Assembly: GCA_031263195.1 (NCBI GenBank)
Contig: JAISGD010000010.1
Coordinates: 32,075-96,074, forward strand
Length of the DNA: 64,000 nucleotides
Source of the DNA: Campylobacteraceae bacterium
Lineage (GTDB): Bacteria > Campylobacterota > Campylobacteria > Campylobacterales > Campylobacteraceae
Direction of reading: 5' to 3'
The notes below the pieces were generated by a model that was not told where the DNA came from, did not search any database, and saw only the letters and a program-made list of their open reading frames with translations. How positions within the stretch are numbered: position 1 is the first letter of the stretch; each line of letters opens with the position of its first letter. A program made the translations under genes and the position numbers. Shown piece after piece: positions 28,575 to 38,015 of this stretch.

Positions 28575-29794
28575 TGAGCGCCCCCCTCTTTTATAATTTC
28601 ACTGAAAAAATTCGCCCCCGTTTTTATCTCGTCAAGTTCTATTATTAAGTACTCACCGTCATTTTCATATATAAGAGGTATGGGGTTGCAACCGCCCGCT
28701 TTTCCGACAGAAGGCAAAAAGATCCTCACATTGCAAGATATACATATAAGTTCATCGCCATTTTTTACATACCCCATATCGCCGCAAATCATACACGCGT
28801 CAAATACGACAACAGGCGAAGTTTTACCCTTAAAACGATTTATTGCAAAAAAACGTATTTTGTGACCGTCTTCGGTTATATAAGCAAATCTATGCAAATC
28901 GTCGTCTTCCAAAAGCTTAATCGGTATTTTAAATTTACCGTCAATTGGTTCCAAAATAGTTGATTTTGAAATTTTAGGCGGTTTTGAAGCATAAAGGTCA
29001 TAATATAAAAACAGCGCACTTAAAATCAAAATAGCTGATATTACACACTTCGCGCTTGTTTTTATGTATTCTCTTTTGGCTTTTACTTGCCTGTAAACTA
29101 TGCTGCCGACACTTTTCTTTTCTGGCAAAACAGGCATATTTTTCAGATAAACTGCCAATGCTATAAATGTCAAAACAACATATAAATAGTGTGAAAACGA
29201 ACCGTAATATATTAAAATCGCCGTTATGGATAAAAACAGTGATTTTGTCTCGATAAATCTAAAACGCATCATCTCGAGCGCACTTAGACCAAAAAAATTC
29301 AACACCATCAATAGTATGCTAATCGCGCCAAGAGCGATTAATACCCATTTTGGAAGAGTTGCTGCGATACTTCTAAAAAAAATATAAAAAAAGATTATTA
29401 TTGAAATTCCAAAAACAGTAAATCCGAAAGATATAATAGATACGGTATCTAAAAGCTCGCCGTTAAAAAGTGGAAAAAATTCGGATAATACCCTGTAATA
29501 CACACCGAAACAGAAAAATAAAACTGCAATAAGAGCAATTTTCAAAACACTGAAACGACTTAAAAAAATAGCGGATAAAAACACCAAAGAGAAAATAATC
29601 GTTATAAAGCACACCGTTTTAAGCCCATCCACACTTAAAAAATCAGAGGCTATCCTAAAAGCTGCAAAAGCGAAAACTATACCGATAGATAAGCCTAAAA
29701 ACGCCTCCTTGAGAGAGATTTTTTTATTCCAAAGTGCAAGGTAAAAGGTGATTGGTAAAAATGATTGTAAAATATGATAAAAATAGACTGACAC
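28571..29794 (-). CDS. DUF2318 membrane protein with C-terminal Cys-rich domain, Cj1660-like
   Basis: About 7 TM helices, then FDACMICGDMGY...LICISCNVRIF...GGCNP. Confidence 0.8.
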   Translation of the reverse strand: MSVYFYHILQSFLPITFYLALWNKKISLKEAFLGLSIGIVFAFAAFRIASDFLSVDGLKTVCFITIIFSLVFLSAIFLSRFSVLKIALIAVLFFCFGVYYRVLSEFFPLFNGELLDTVSIISFGFTVFGISIIIFFYIFFRSIAATLPKWVLIALGAISILLMVLNFFGLSALEMMRFRFIETKSLFLSITAILIYYGSFSHYLYVVLTFIALAVYLKNMPVLPEKKSVGSIVYRQVKAKREYIKTSAKCVISAILILSALFLYYDLYASKPPKISKSTILEPIDGKFKIPIKLLEDDDLHRFAYITEDGHKIRFFAINRFKGKTSPVVVFDACMICGDMGYVKNGDELICISCNVRIFLPSVGKAGGCNPIPLIYENDGEYLIIELDEIKTGANFFSEIIKEGGAQ

Positions 29795-29981
29795 TGTAAC
29801 CCTAACTTTCTTAATTTCTAAATTTTAAATCTATCAAAAAACTCATTTTGTTGCTAAGTGTTTTTTAAAATCCACATAATAGAGTTTATAGACTTAAATT
29901 TATCTGATTTTAACGCAGTTAAAAATAGCTGCCCTGTTTTTGTCAAATCAAACGACAAAACAGGGCTAAATATAATTGAAC

Positions 29982-30515
29982 CTATTTCTTAATTCCGGTA
30001 TATTTAAAATCATACTCAACATTAAACGGTTCAAACCATTTGCCAACGCCTGTGGCTTTATCGGAATGGCGTCCAAAACCTTGAGTTTGCGGATTTTCTA
30101 TCGTATATTTGAGGTGATAGTTACCCACGCCCAACATTTTTATATTCGCGCCATAGTGAGGACCGTCAATCGCTACCATAGGCATAAATGTTCCGCTCTT
30201 TTTAGCGCCCGTATCTTTATTTGTAAGCTCATAAGATACTTTAAGGTATGGTATCCACTCTCCGTCCCCAAAACCGTTTTTGTTACCTTCTATAGCGTGA
30301 ATATCGGCTTCCAAGTGAATATCAGCTTGAGATGGAGCCAAATCTATGCCTTTTGGCTCCATATCAATCGGCTCAAGATAAACAGCGGCAATGAGCATAT
30401 TGTTTATCTCAACTTCCTCTCCTATAGGAAACTCTTTAAACTCGTCGGCTGCTGCCGCGTTTAAAACAAAAACAGTAGCTATAGCTACAAATGACCTTGT
30501 CAATAACTTGACCAT
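29982..30515 (-). CDS. p19: Periplasmic iron/copper-binding protein P19 (FetP/Tp34 family)
   Basis: 177 aa with a signal peptide and P19-like motifs (MLIAAVYLEPIDMEP, HLEADIHA, GFGDGEWIPYL, MVAIDGPHYG). Lies immediately downstream of an FTR1 permease gene. Confidence 0.92.
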   Translation of the reverse strand: MVKLLTRSFVAIATVFVLNAAAADEFKEFPIGEEVEINNMLIAAVYLEPIDMEPKGIDLAPSQADIHLEADIHAIEGNKNGFGDGEWIPYLKVSYELTNKDTGAKKSGTFMPMVAIDGPHYGANIKMLGVGNYHLKYTIENPQTQGFGRHSDKATGVGKWFEPFNVEYDFKYTGIKK

Positions 30516-30565
30516 GTTCTCTCCTTGTTAAAATATGTTTTTATCAAAAATCTAAAAACCAAAAC

Positions 30566-32518
30566 CTATTTCGCGTTTGCGCGGACTTTTTTGTTTTCCG
30601 TTTTATCGCCGTTTTCACAATCATCTTTTGTTTTTTTAGCCCTGCTTCTTATTAGTATTGTTCCTATAATAATTCCTAAAATCAACGCTATTTGAGGCAA
30701 TAAACTCTGCACATAAGGATATATTCCAAGCCACGTAATAGTTGGGAATCCTTCTATAATGGTAGGTTCTATAATTTTGCCTTCAACCAATTCCATAATG
30801 CCTTTTCCCGTAAAAACCACCGACATGTAGAATATAATCGCGCTTGTTATAATAAAAAACGGTTTTATAGGTATTTTAACCGCTCCGGCTTTGAGAAGAA
30901 AAAATAAAATCGTAAGAAGCGCTAAACCTATGACAAGACCTACAGCTACCGCACTATATCCAAGCGCGTTTTTAGCGTCAAAAAGTATCGCTTGATAAAA
31001 TAAAACAGTTTCAGCGCCTTCTCTGTATACAGCCAAAAATACCGTAAACCAAAGAGCTTTTGCCGAACCGCTGCTAAGAGAATCTCTAACTTTTCCGGAT
31101 ATATATCGCGCCCATTTTTTCGCGTGGGCATTCGACAAAAGCCAAAATCCGACATAAAACAGTAAAAGTACGGCTATTAGCATAGTCACGCCTTCAAGCA
31201 TCTCTCTTGATTCTCCCGAAGCGTTAAAAAGATAATTCATAACAAAAGCAGTCGCGAAGCTAAGAATTATAGCTGTCCAAAGCGAACTATGAACGATACC
31301 TATTCTATCGCCGTTACCACTTTTGATAAGATAAGCTATAACTGCCGCGACAACTATCAACGCTTCAACGCCTTCTCTTAATATAATGATTAAAGCGTAA
31401 ATAAACAACGACCACGGCGTACCGGAATCCGACAGTTTCACAACCCCGCTCTCCACTTCACTGTAGAGTTTTTCTAAAGCCCACTCCACCTTATCTATAT
31501 CTGCGCCGCTTTTTATAAGAGCGGTTATTTCGCTGAAAGTACCCTCTATAGTCGTTTTTAGTCCATTGTCAACCGCGCCTACGCGCACTTCCATACCGCT
31601 TGCTTCAAATATATCAAAATAAGCGTTTTGTATTGTACTTATCGCTTTTTTGCTATCCCCACCCTTATATAATTCAAGTGTTTTCGCACCCTCTTTCTTG
31701 ACATCTTCCAATACAACTTTGAAATCTTGTCCTTGCTCCCCCACAGTATCCGCTTCAACATCAACCACAGCAAGCTCAGCTGCCTCTTTGGGAAGTTCAT
31801 TCAGTACGTTTAAGATATCATCTTCTATTTTGACAAGCTCAGTTCTAAGCTCAGTTTCGTTTGTCATAGAGTCTACAGCGATAATAACGCGGCGTATGTT
31901 ATTTTGTATCTGTCCGTCTTTTGCTTGAGATACATATTTGCGTATCGCGACCTCCATCATACTATTTCTATAATCCTCAAACTGAGCGGCTCTTATCAAC
32001 TCTTTAGTTTTTGTCCTGTCGCCGCTTTTAAACGCCTCAATAGAAGCTTGCAGCTTATCTGCTATATTATTATGTAAAGTCTGCCATTTCACGTCAAGAG
32101 TCTCTTCATTAACCGTATCGCTTTGCGTAGTCTCCGCCACTATAACCGTGCCGTCTTTAAGCTTTGGCAATACTTCATCCATATCGGCGTTGAGACTGTC
32201 TATCGTAGCTTTAATCTCCTCTACGTTCGCACCATCTTTAATGAGATTTCTTATTTTGGTAAATTTTCTCTCCATAGTCCACGATTTTTTACTTGAGACA
32301 TTTATCCTAATCGGACCTTCCAAATTTTCAAATAGTTCAAAATATGCGCTTTGCGCGACCTCTCTGGCTTCTTCTGCCTTACCGTCTTTATAAAGTTCAA
32401 GACTGCTCGCGAAACGCTCTTTTACTCTATTGGTCAAATCCTCGTAATCATAAGTTCTGGCATTCAAAACAAATGGAATGGCTAAAAAAATGAGTAGGAT
32501 TTTGACTATTTTTTTCAT
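30566..32518 (-). CDS. ftr1: FTR1-family high-affinity iron permease with a long N-terminal periplasmic domain
   Basis: 650 aa. The C-terminal 7-TM region carries two REGxE motifs (LREGVEAL, YREGAETV). Its arrangement with p19 matches cj1658-cj1659. Confidence 0.9.
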   Translation of the reverse strand: MKKIVKILLIFLAIPFVLNARTYDYEDLTNRVKERFASSLELYKDGKAEEAREVAQSAYFELFENLEGPIRINVSSKKSWTMERKFTKIRNLIKDGANVEEIKATIDSLNADMDEVLPKLKDGTVIVAETTQSDTVNEETLDVKWQTLHNNIADKLQASIEAFKSGDRTKTKELIRAAQFEDYRNSMMEVAIRKYVSQAKDGQIQNNIRRVIIAVDSMTNETELRTELVKIEDDILNVLNELPKEAAELAVVDVEADTVGEQGQDFKVVLEDVKKEGAKTLELYKGGDSKKAISTIQNAYFDIFEASGMEVRVGAVDNGLKTTIEGTFSEITALIKSGADIDKVEWALEKLYSEVESGVVKLSDSGTPWSLFIYALIIILREGVEALIVVAAVIAYLIKSGNGDRIGIVHSSLWTAIILSFATAFVMNYLFNASGESREMLEGVTMLIAVLLLFYVGFWLLSNAHAKKWARYISGKVRDSLSSGSAKALWFTVFLAVYREGAETVLFYQAILFDAKNALGYSAVAVGLVIGLALLTILFFLLKAGAVKIPIKPFFIITSAIIFYMSVVFTGKGIMELVEGKIIEPTIIEGFPTITWLGIYPYVQSLLPQIALILGIIIGTILIRSRAKKTKDDCENGDKTENKKVRANAK

Positions 32519-32542
32519 AAAAACTCCAAAATATAAAGATAT

Positions 32543-32560
32543 TGATTATCAAAATGATAA
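32543..32560 (-). promoter_or_regulatory. Fur-box-like AT-rich inverted repeat just upstream of ftr1
   Basis: TGATTATCAAAATGATAA lies 25-42 nt upstream of the ftr1 start codon and resembles GATAAT/ATTATC hexamer arrays. Confidence 0.5.
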
Positions 32561-32611
32561 AATATTAAATGGTAATTTTATCCTCTAAAAGCTTTATAAA
32601 TGATTAAAACG

Positions 32612-32624
32612 GATAATCATTATC
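32612..32624 (-). promoter_or_regulatory. Fur box half-consensus
   Basis: GATAATCATTATC is an exact match to the last 13 nt of the classical 19-bp Fur box GATAATGATAATCATTATC. It lies about 95 nt upstream of ftr1. Confidence 0.6.
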
Positions 32625-32795
32625 AAATTTTGGATGAAAAGATCGATATTGTCGAATTCTAAAAGAAAAAAGATAAGACAAATTCAGAGCATAAAAACGC
32701 CATATTTTTAAAACGTAAACTACACTAAAAGCTCTATTTTAACCGATAAAGATTTTAATCCAAACATTTATAAACGTAAAAACTAAAAAACTACT

Positions 32796-33593
32796 CTAAT
32801 ATCTTTGATTTGTCAAAAATTGCAAATAGTCACTGATATTAATGAGTGAAAATGTAACTAAAAATATCATAAGACCAGGGAAAAAACTAACCCACCAAGC
32901 GATATCTATAACCTCTTTACCTTCCGATATGATACTTCCCCAGCTTATATCCGGCGGCATAACGCCGATTCCTAAAAAACTAAGTCCGCTTTCGGCTAAT
33001 ATCGCTCCGCTAAGCGAAAAGGTAAAACTTATAAAAAATATGGGAGCTAAAAGAGGAGCGAAGTATTTAAATATGATTTTTGGTTTTGACACGTCAGCTA
33101 ATTTCAATACTTTTATAAACGGCTGCGAATTTATAGCAAAACTCTCGCTTCTGATTAACCTCGCCATACTCATCCATCCGGTTACCGATATAACGATAAT
33201 AAGCGTTAAAGCCGAAGCGTTTATATAACTTATAAGCGCCAGTAAAAGAAAAAACGTTGGAAAAGTAAGAAACAAGTCTATTATTACCACGATAATCTTA
33301 TCTGTGTTTTTCGCGAAAAATCCAGCGCTTATTCCTATAACAAGACCTGTAAAACTCGCTATCGCAGCGCTGCAAAATCCTATAAAAAGCGACACTTTCC
33401 CGCCTTCGATTATTCGGGCTAATATATCTCGTCCAAGTCTGTCCGTGCCTAAAATATGCGAAAAACCAGGCGCTTGCAAAAGTTCTTTGGAATTCATATC
33501 ATAAGGCGACAAAGGATATATAAAACTTCCCAAAAACGACAATAAAACTATAAAAGCCAAAACCGCAAAACTCGCTATAGGCGCTTTTTTCAT
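32796..33593 (-). CDS. DppC/OppC-type ABC transporter permease (no cognate partners adjacent)
   Basis: 265 aa with LGTDRLGRDILARIIEGGKVSL and an EAA-like loop. Confidence 0.8.
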   Translation of the reverse strand: MKKAPIASFAVLAFIVLLSFLGSFIYPLSPYDMNSKELLQAPGFSHILGTDRLGRDILARIIEGGKVSLFIGFCSAAIASFTGLVIGISAGFFAKNTDKIIVVIIDLFLTFPTFFLLLALISYINASALTLIIVISVTGWMSMARLIRSESFAINSQPFIKVLKLADVSKPKIIFKYFAPLLAPIFFISFTFSLSGAILAESGLSFLGIGVMPPDISWGSIISEGKEVIDIAWWVSFFPGLMIFLVTFSLINISDYLQFLTNQRY

Positions 33594-33637
33594 ACTTATG
33601 TTTCCCGCAATTTGTAAAAATATCTTTTTAAAACTCT

Positions 33638-34219
33638 TTACATGTAATAGCTTATTGAACTATTTCCAAAAGTTTTCCTCTTTAAAAGTTTAAAATCTTT
33701 TATGAAGTTTGGCATTTCAAAAGCGCTTACATGTTCAAACGCGGCAAGTTTTACTTTTGATTTTGGCAAAGAGGCAAACAGCTCTATAGCCTTTTCGTAA
33801 ATATCGCTCATTCCATCTCTTATGTCAAATGGCGGGTCAAAATAGAAAAACGCCGCTTTTTCTAAGCTTTGCGCGATTTGAGGAAGTCTAATAAACGTAT
33901 CGTCTAAAAAGCAGATGGTTTTTAAAGCGTCTACATTCTCGCAATTTCTTTTCAAAGTGCCAAATGCCGCTTTGTCCTTTTCTATAAAATAAGCCTTTTT
34001 AGCTCCGCGGCTTAACGCCTCAAGCCCCATACTTCCGCTTCCCGCGAACGCTTCTATGAAAGTAGCGTCTATGATATCAAACTGAACGGTATTAAAAAAC
34101 GATGATTTTAGTATCGCTTTTGTACTTCTTGTCGTATCTTTTGAGGGCAAAAACAGCTTTTTACCTTTAAATTTGCCTCCCAAAATGGTTACATGTAAGC
34201 TCTTTTGTGTCAATTTCAA
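33638..34219 (-). CDS. rsmD: 16S rRNA (guanine966-N2)-methyltransferase
   Basis: Motifs ILGGKFKGKKL...TRSTKAILKSSFFN, FAGSGSMGLEALSRGA and FDPPF. I prefer the TTG at 34219, preceded by AAGGAAA. The track ORF reaches an upstream ATG at 34258. Confidence 0.85.
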   Translation of the reverse strand: MKLTQKSLHVTILGGKFKGKKLFLPSKDTTRSTKAILKSSFFNTVQFDIIDATFIEAFAGSGSMGLEALSRGAKKAYFIEKDKAAFGTLKRNCENVDALKTICFLDDTFIRLPQIAQSLEKAAFFYFDPPFDIRDGMSDIYEKAIELFASLPKSKVKLAAFEHVSAFEMPNFIKDFKLLKRKTFGNSSISYYM

Positions 34220-34369
34220 ACGTTTCCTTATGAAAAATATCGGACAAAATTGTAACATACTTTCATGAAGCCATATGTCAAAAGCTTTAAAAAAGTAAAA
34301 ATAAGGGGTTTATAATCGTTTTTTAAATATCCTATTGCTTTGCATAATTTAAATAAATTTGGAGTTTTT

Positions 34370-36172
34370 ATGAAGCAAATTTTAATGGGTAATGAAGCTA
34401 TAGCGTTAGCGCTTATGCATTCAAATATTCAGATGATTTCCGGATATCCCGGAACTCCTTCCAGCGAAATTATTACTAACTATCAAAAATTAATAAACAA
34501 ATACGATATAGACGCTTACGCGCAATGGGCGACAAACGAGAAAGTAGGTTTTGAAGTAGCGTACGCGGGAGCAATATCCGGAAAAAGAGCGTGCGCGACT
34601 ATGAAGCAGGTAGGTCTTAATGTGGCAAGCGACGCATTGATGAGCGCGGCTTATATCGGAAACACGGGGGCTATGCTTTTGATAAGCGCGGATGATCCTG
34701 GGTTTTATTCATCCCAAACCGAACAAGACAGCAGAAGTTTCGCTAAATTCGCAAAAATTCCGGTATTTGACCCCTCAACTCCGCAAGAAGCTTACGATAT
34801 GACAAAAACGGCTATAGAACTTTCCGAAAAATTTCAAACTATCGTTATGCTTCGTCCGGTTATGAGAGTATGCCATGCGAGAGAAATTTGCGAAGTAGAT
34901 GAAATACACGAATTTACCGCGCGCGAAGGTGACTTTAAAAGAGACGCTTCAAGATGGGCTGCCGTGCCAAGAGGCGGAAGATTTTCTCAAGGCATAGAGC
35001 AGATAAAACGCATAGAAGAGTTGAAACGTTACAATTACGAAATATTTATAGAGCCTAAACTAAAAGATTTGAAAAACAATAAAACGCTTTGCCTAACATG
35101 CGGAACAGGCGACGGTTACGCGAAAGAGTGTTTAAAGGAAACCGGTATAAACGCCGATATTCTAAAGATTGATATGCCCTATCCTTTGCCCAAAAACGAG
35201 CTTGAAAAGTTATTTGAAAAGTATGAATTCGTAATCATTTTTGAAGAGAGTTATCCATGTATGGAAGAACAACTCTCAAGCGATAAAATACGCGGTAAGA
35301 TGACAAAAGACGTACATGTAATAGATGAATTTACAAAAGAGAAAGTTTTACAAACATTTATAAATATAGGACTTTGGAATAAAGAGAATATTTATAAAAA
35401 CGAACATTACGATAAAGAGTTGCCATCTCGTCCTCCAAATCTATGCCCCGGCTGTCCTCATAGAGATATATATTTCGCCATTAAAAAGACGTTTCGCGAA
35501 AAAAGCTCTATATTTCCTTCGGACATCGGCTGTTATACCTTAGGACTTAATCAAAACGCTATCGATTTGGTTTTATGTATGGGGGGAAGCATTGGAGCCG
35601 CCAGCGGTTTTGGCATAGCCGATCCGAAAAAGACAGTGATAGCGACTATAGGCGACAGCACGTTTTTACATGGCGGAATTCCGGCTCTAATAAACGCGGT
35701 ATATCAAAAACATAAATTTATCCTGGTCATTATGGATAACTCCACAACGGCGATGACTGGACGCCAAACGACGCCGGAGCGCGCCGCGCCTGAGAGCATT
35801 GATATAAAACGCATAGTAGAAGGTTGCGGGGCTGTTTGTTTTGAATATCTATATAAACCGGATATCAAAGAAACGATAGCCTTTATGAAAGAGTTGAAAA
35901 AAAAGCTTGAAAACGCAAGCGGTCCTATTGTGGCGGTTATGAGAGAGTTTTGCATACTTGATAAAGAGCGCTCATTTGAGTTTTTGCCAAATACTAAAGC
36001 TAAAGTCAATCAAGATAAATGCATTACATGTAATGAGTGTATAACCAAGCACAACTGCCCCGCTTTCAGATATAATGAAAACGGTAAAGTTGAGGTTGAT
36101 TCGTTTTTATGCGTAGGATGCGCGGCATGTATAAACGGATTGTGTCCTACAAACGCATTTGAATTGGCATAA
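34370..36172 (+). CDS. iorA: Indolepyruvate:ferredoxin oxidoreductase alpha subunit
   Basis: Motifs MGNEAIALA...GYPGTPSSEI, a TPP-binding GDSTF...H motif, and a C-terminal 2x[4Fe-4S] ferredoxin motif (CITCNECI...CPA / CVGCAACI). ATG at 34370 behind GGAG. Confidence 0.9.
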   Translation: MKQILMGNEAIALALMHSNIQMISGYPGTPSSEIITNYQKLINKYDIDAYAQWATNEKVGFEVAYAGAISGKRACATMKQVGLNVASDALMSAAYIGNTGAMLLISADDPGFYSSQTEQDSRSFAKFAKIPVFDPSTPQEAYDMTKTAIELSEKFQTIVMLRPVMRVCHAREICEVDEIHEFTAREGDFKRDASRWAAVPRGGRFSQGIEQIKRIEELKRYNYEIFIEPKLKDLKNNKTLCLTCGTGDGYAKECLKETGINADILKIDMPYPLPKNELEKLFEKYEFVIIFEESYPCMEEQLSSDKIRGKMTKDVHVIDEFTKEKVLQTFINIGLWNKENIYKNEHYDKELPSRPPNLCPGCPHRDIYFAIKKTFREKSSIFPSDIGCYTLGLNQNAIDLVLCMGGSIGAASGFGIADPKKTVIATIGDSTFLHGGIPALINAVYQKHKFILVIMDNSTTAMTGRQTTPERAAPESIDIKRIVEGCGAVCFEYLYKPDIKETIAFMKELKKKLENASGPIVAVMREFCILDKERSFEFLPNTKAKVNQDKCITCNECITKHNCPAFRYNENGKVEVDSFLCVGCAACINGLCPTNAFELA

Positions 36173-36181
36173 GGAGAAAAA

Positions 36182-36721
36182 ATGAAATACCAAGTGGTAA
36201 TAGCCGGTTTTGGCGGTCAAGGCGTCGTATTTTTAGTCAAAGTTCTCTCCATCGCTTCAAGTCTTAAAAACGAAAAATGTTTAGGAACTGAAAATCACGG
36301 CATGAGCCAAAGAGGCGGTTCGGTATCATGTTATGTAAAAATAGGCGATTTTAGTTCTCCTGCCATAGACGAAGGGCAAGCCGATTTACTTATAGCGTTG
36401 GAGGGCAACGAGGCTCTTAGAAATATTCAGTTTTTGCAAGCGCAAAATGGAGTAATAGTAGTAAACGCCGACAAAAATTTTCCGAAATTAAATTATAAAA
36501 CTATAAAAATAGACGCGTTTTCAAAAGCAAATCAAAATATTTTCAATATACAAGCATTGAACGTTTATATGCTTGGCATTTGCCTGGCTCGCGCGCAAAA
36601 TTTCCCTTTCACGCAAGAGGATATAGAAAAAGCCATACATGTAATGAATGAAAAAGTTGCCGATAAAAATATCATAGTTTTGCGTCAAGCTATAAAGGAC
36701 GCGAATGAGGAGGATGTATGA
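36182..36721 (+). CDS. iorB: Indolepyruvate:ferredoxin oxidoreductase beta subunit
   Basis: 179 aa with GFGGQGV..., typical of the 2-oxoacid oxidoreductase gamma-like domain. Adjacent to iorA. Confidence 0.85.
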   Translation: MKYQVVIAGFGGQGVVFLVKVLSIASSLKNEKCLGTENHGMSQRGGSVSCYVKIGDFSSPAIDEGQADLLIALEGNEALRNIQFLQAQNGVIVVNADKNFPKLNYKTIKIDAFSKANQNIFNIQALNVYMLGICLARAQNFPFTQEDIEKAIHVMNEKVADKNIIVLRQAIKDANEEDV

Positions 36722-38013
36722 TTTGGTCAAAAGAGGAGTCTTTGTCGCGCGATGAAATGTTCGCGCTTCAAAGTAAAAGGCTGCAAGATACCGTATCAAA
36801 AGTTTACGAGAAAGTGCCGTTTTACAAACGTAAATTTGACGAGCTTGGCATAAGCGCGCAAGATATCAAAACTATAGCTGACATAGCGAAGCTGCCTTTT
36901 ACGAAAAAGCAGGATTTGCGTGATAATTATCCGTTCGGACTTTTCGCCGTTGATAATTCCGAGCTTATCAGGATACACAGTTCCAGCGGCACTACAGGCA
37001 AACCAACCGTCGTAGGCTATACAAAGTCCGACATAGACGTTTGGGCTGAAGGAGTTGCAAGAGTGCTTACAATGGGCGGTATCACAAAAAATGATATTGT
37101 ACATGTAGCTTACGGATACGGGCTGTTTACGGGCGGTTTGGGTCTTCACGACGGAGCTACTAAAGTCGGCGCGACCGTTGTGCCAAGTTCGGGGGGATTT
37201 ACCTCAAGACAAGCGATGCTTTTAAAGGATTTTGGCGCAAGCGCGCTTGCTTGCACTCCAACGTTTGCTATGCATATTTTGGAAACCGCGCTTCATGAAG
37301 GATACGAACCGAAAAAAGATTTTAAACTAAAAGCCGGATTTTTTGGCGCGGAACCTACAAGCCGAGGGTTAAAAGATGAATTGGCAAATGGCTTAAATAT
37401 CAGCTATCACGACATCTACGGACTTTCGGAGATAATAGGTCCGGGGGTTGCGGGCAATTGCAAATACAGTAAAGATTTGCATATATTTGAAGATCACTTC
37501 TACCCTGAAATAATTGACCCGAACACTTTGGAAGTGCTGCCGTACGGAGAAAAAGGCGAACTTGTTATCACTTCTTTGACAAAACAAGCTCTTCCGATTA
37601 TCAGATACAGAACGGGCGACGTGACTATACTAAATCCTGAAGTTTGCAAGTGCGGCAGAACGCAGGTGCGCATGAAAAACATTATGGGCAGAGTTGACGA
37701 TATGTTGATTGTAAACGGTGTGAACGTATTTCCGTCTCAAGTTGAACATGTATTGTCAAATATAGATGAGATTACGCTCAATTATCAAATCATCGTTGAT
37801 AAAAAAGGCTATCTTGACAAACTTGACGTTATGGTCGAAGTCACGGAAGATATGCCAATGGACAGTATAGGCGCGCTTGAGAGAGTACAAAAAAAGATAC
37901 AAAACGAGCTTTTGAGCAATCTTTATATTCACGCTAATGTCAAATTGGTTGAGCCAAGGACTATTGAACGTTCGCAAGGAAAAGCTGTGCGCGTTGTTGA
38001 TAAAAGGAGTTAA
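36718..38013 (+). CDS. paaK: Phenylacetate-CoA ligase family adenylate-forming enzyme
   Basis: Motifs SSGTTGKPTVV, YGLSE and RYRTGD. 431 aa. Confidence 0.9.
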   Translation: MIWSKEESLSRDEMFALQSKRLQDTVSKVYEKVPFYKRKFDELGISAQDIKTIADIAKLPFTKKQDLRDNYPFGLFAVDNSELIRIHSSSGTTGKPTVVGYTKSDIDVWAEGVARVLTMGGITKNDIVHVAYGYGLFTGGLGLHDGATKVGATVVPSSGGFTSRQAMLLKDFGASALACTPTFAMHILETALHEGYEPKKDFKLKAGFFGAEPTSRGLKDELANGLNISYHDIYGLSEIIGPGVAGNCKYSKDLHIFEDHFYPEIIDPNTLEVLPYGEKGELVITSLTKQALPIIRYRTGDVTILNPEVCKCGRTQVRMKNIMGRVDDMLIVNGVNVFPSQVEHVLSNIDEITLNYQIIVDKKGYLDKLDVMVEVTEDMPMDSIGALERVQKKIQNELLSNLYIHANVKLVEPRTIERSQGKAVRVVDKRS

Positions 38014-38015
38014 AA

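Noticed and set aside
29976-30464. 162-aa + strand ORF overlapping p19.
   Set aside because: It lies entirely antisense to the strongly supported P19 gene, and its translation has no recognisable features.
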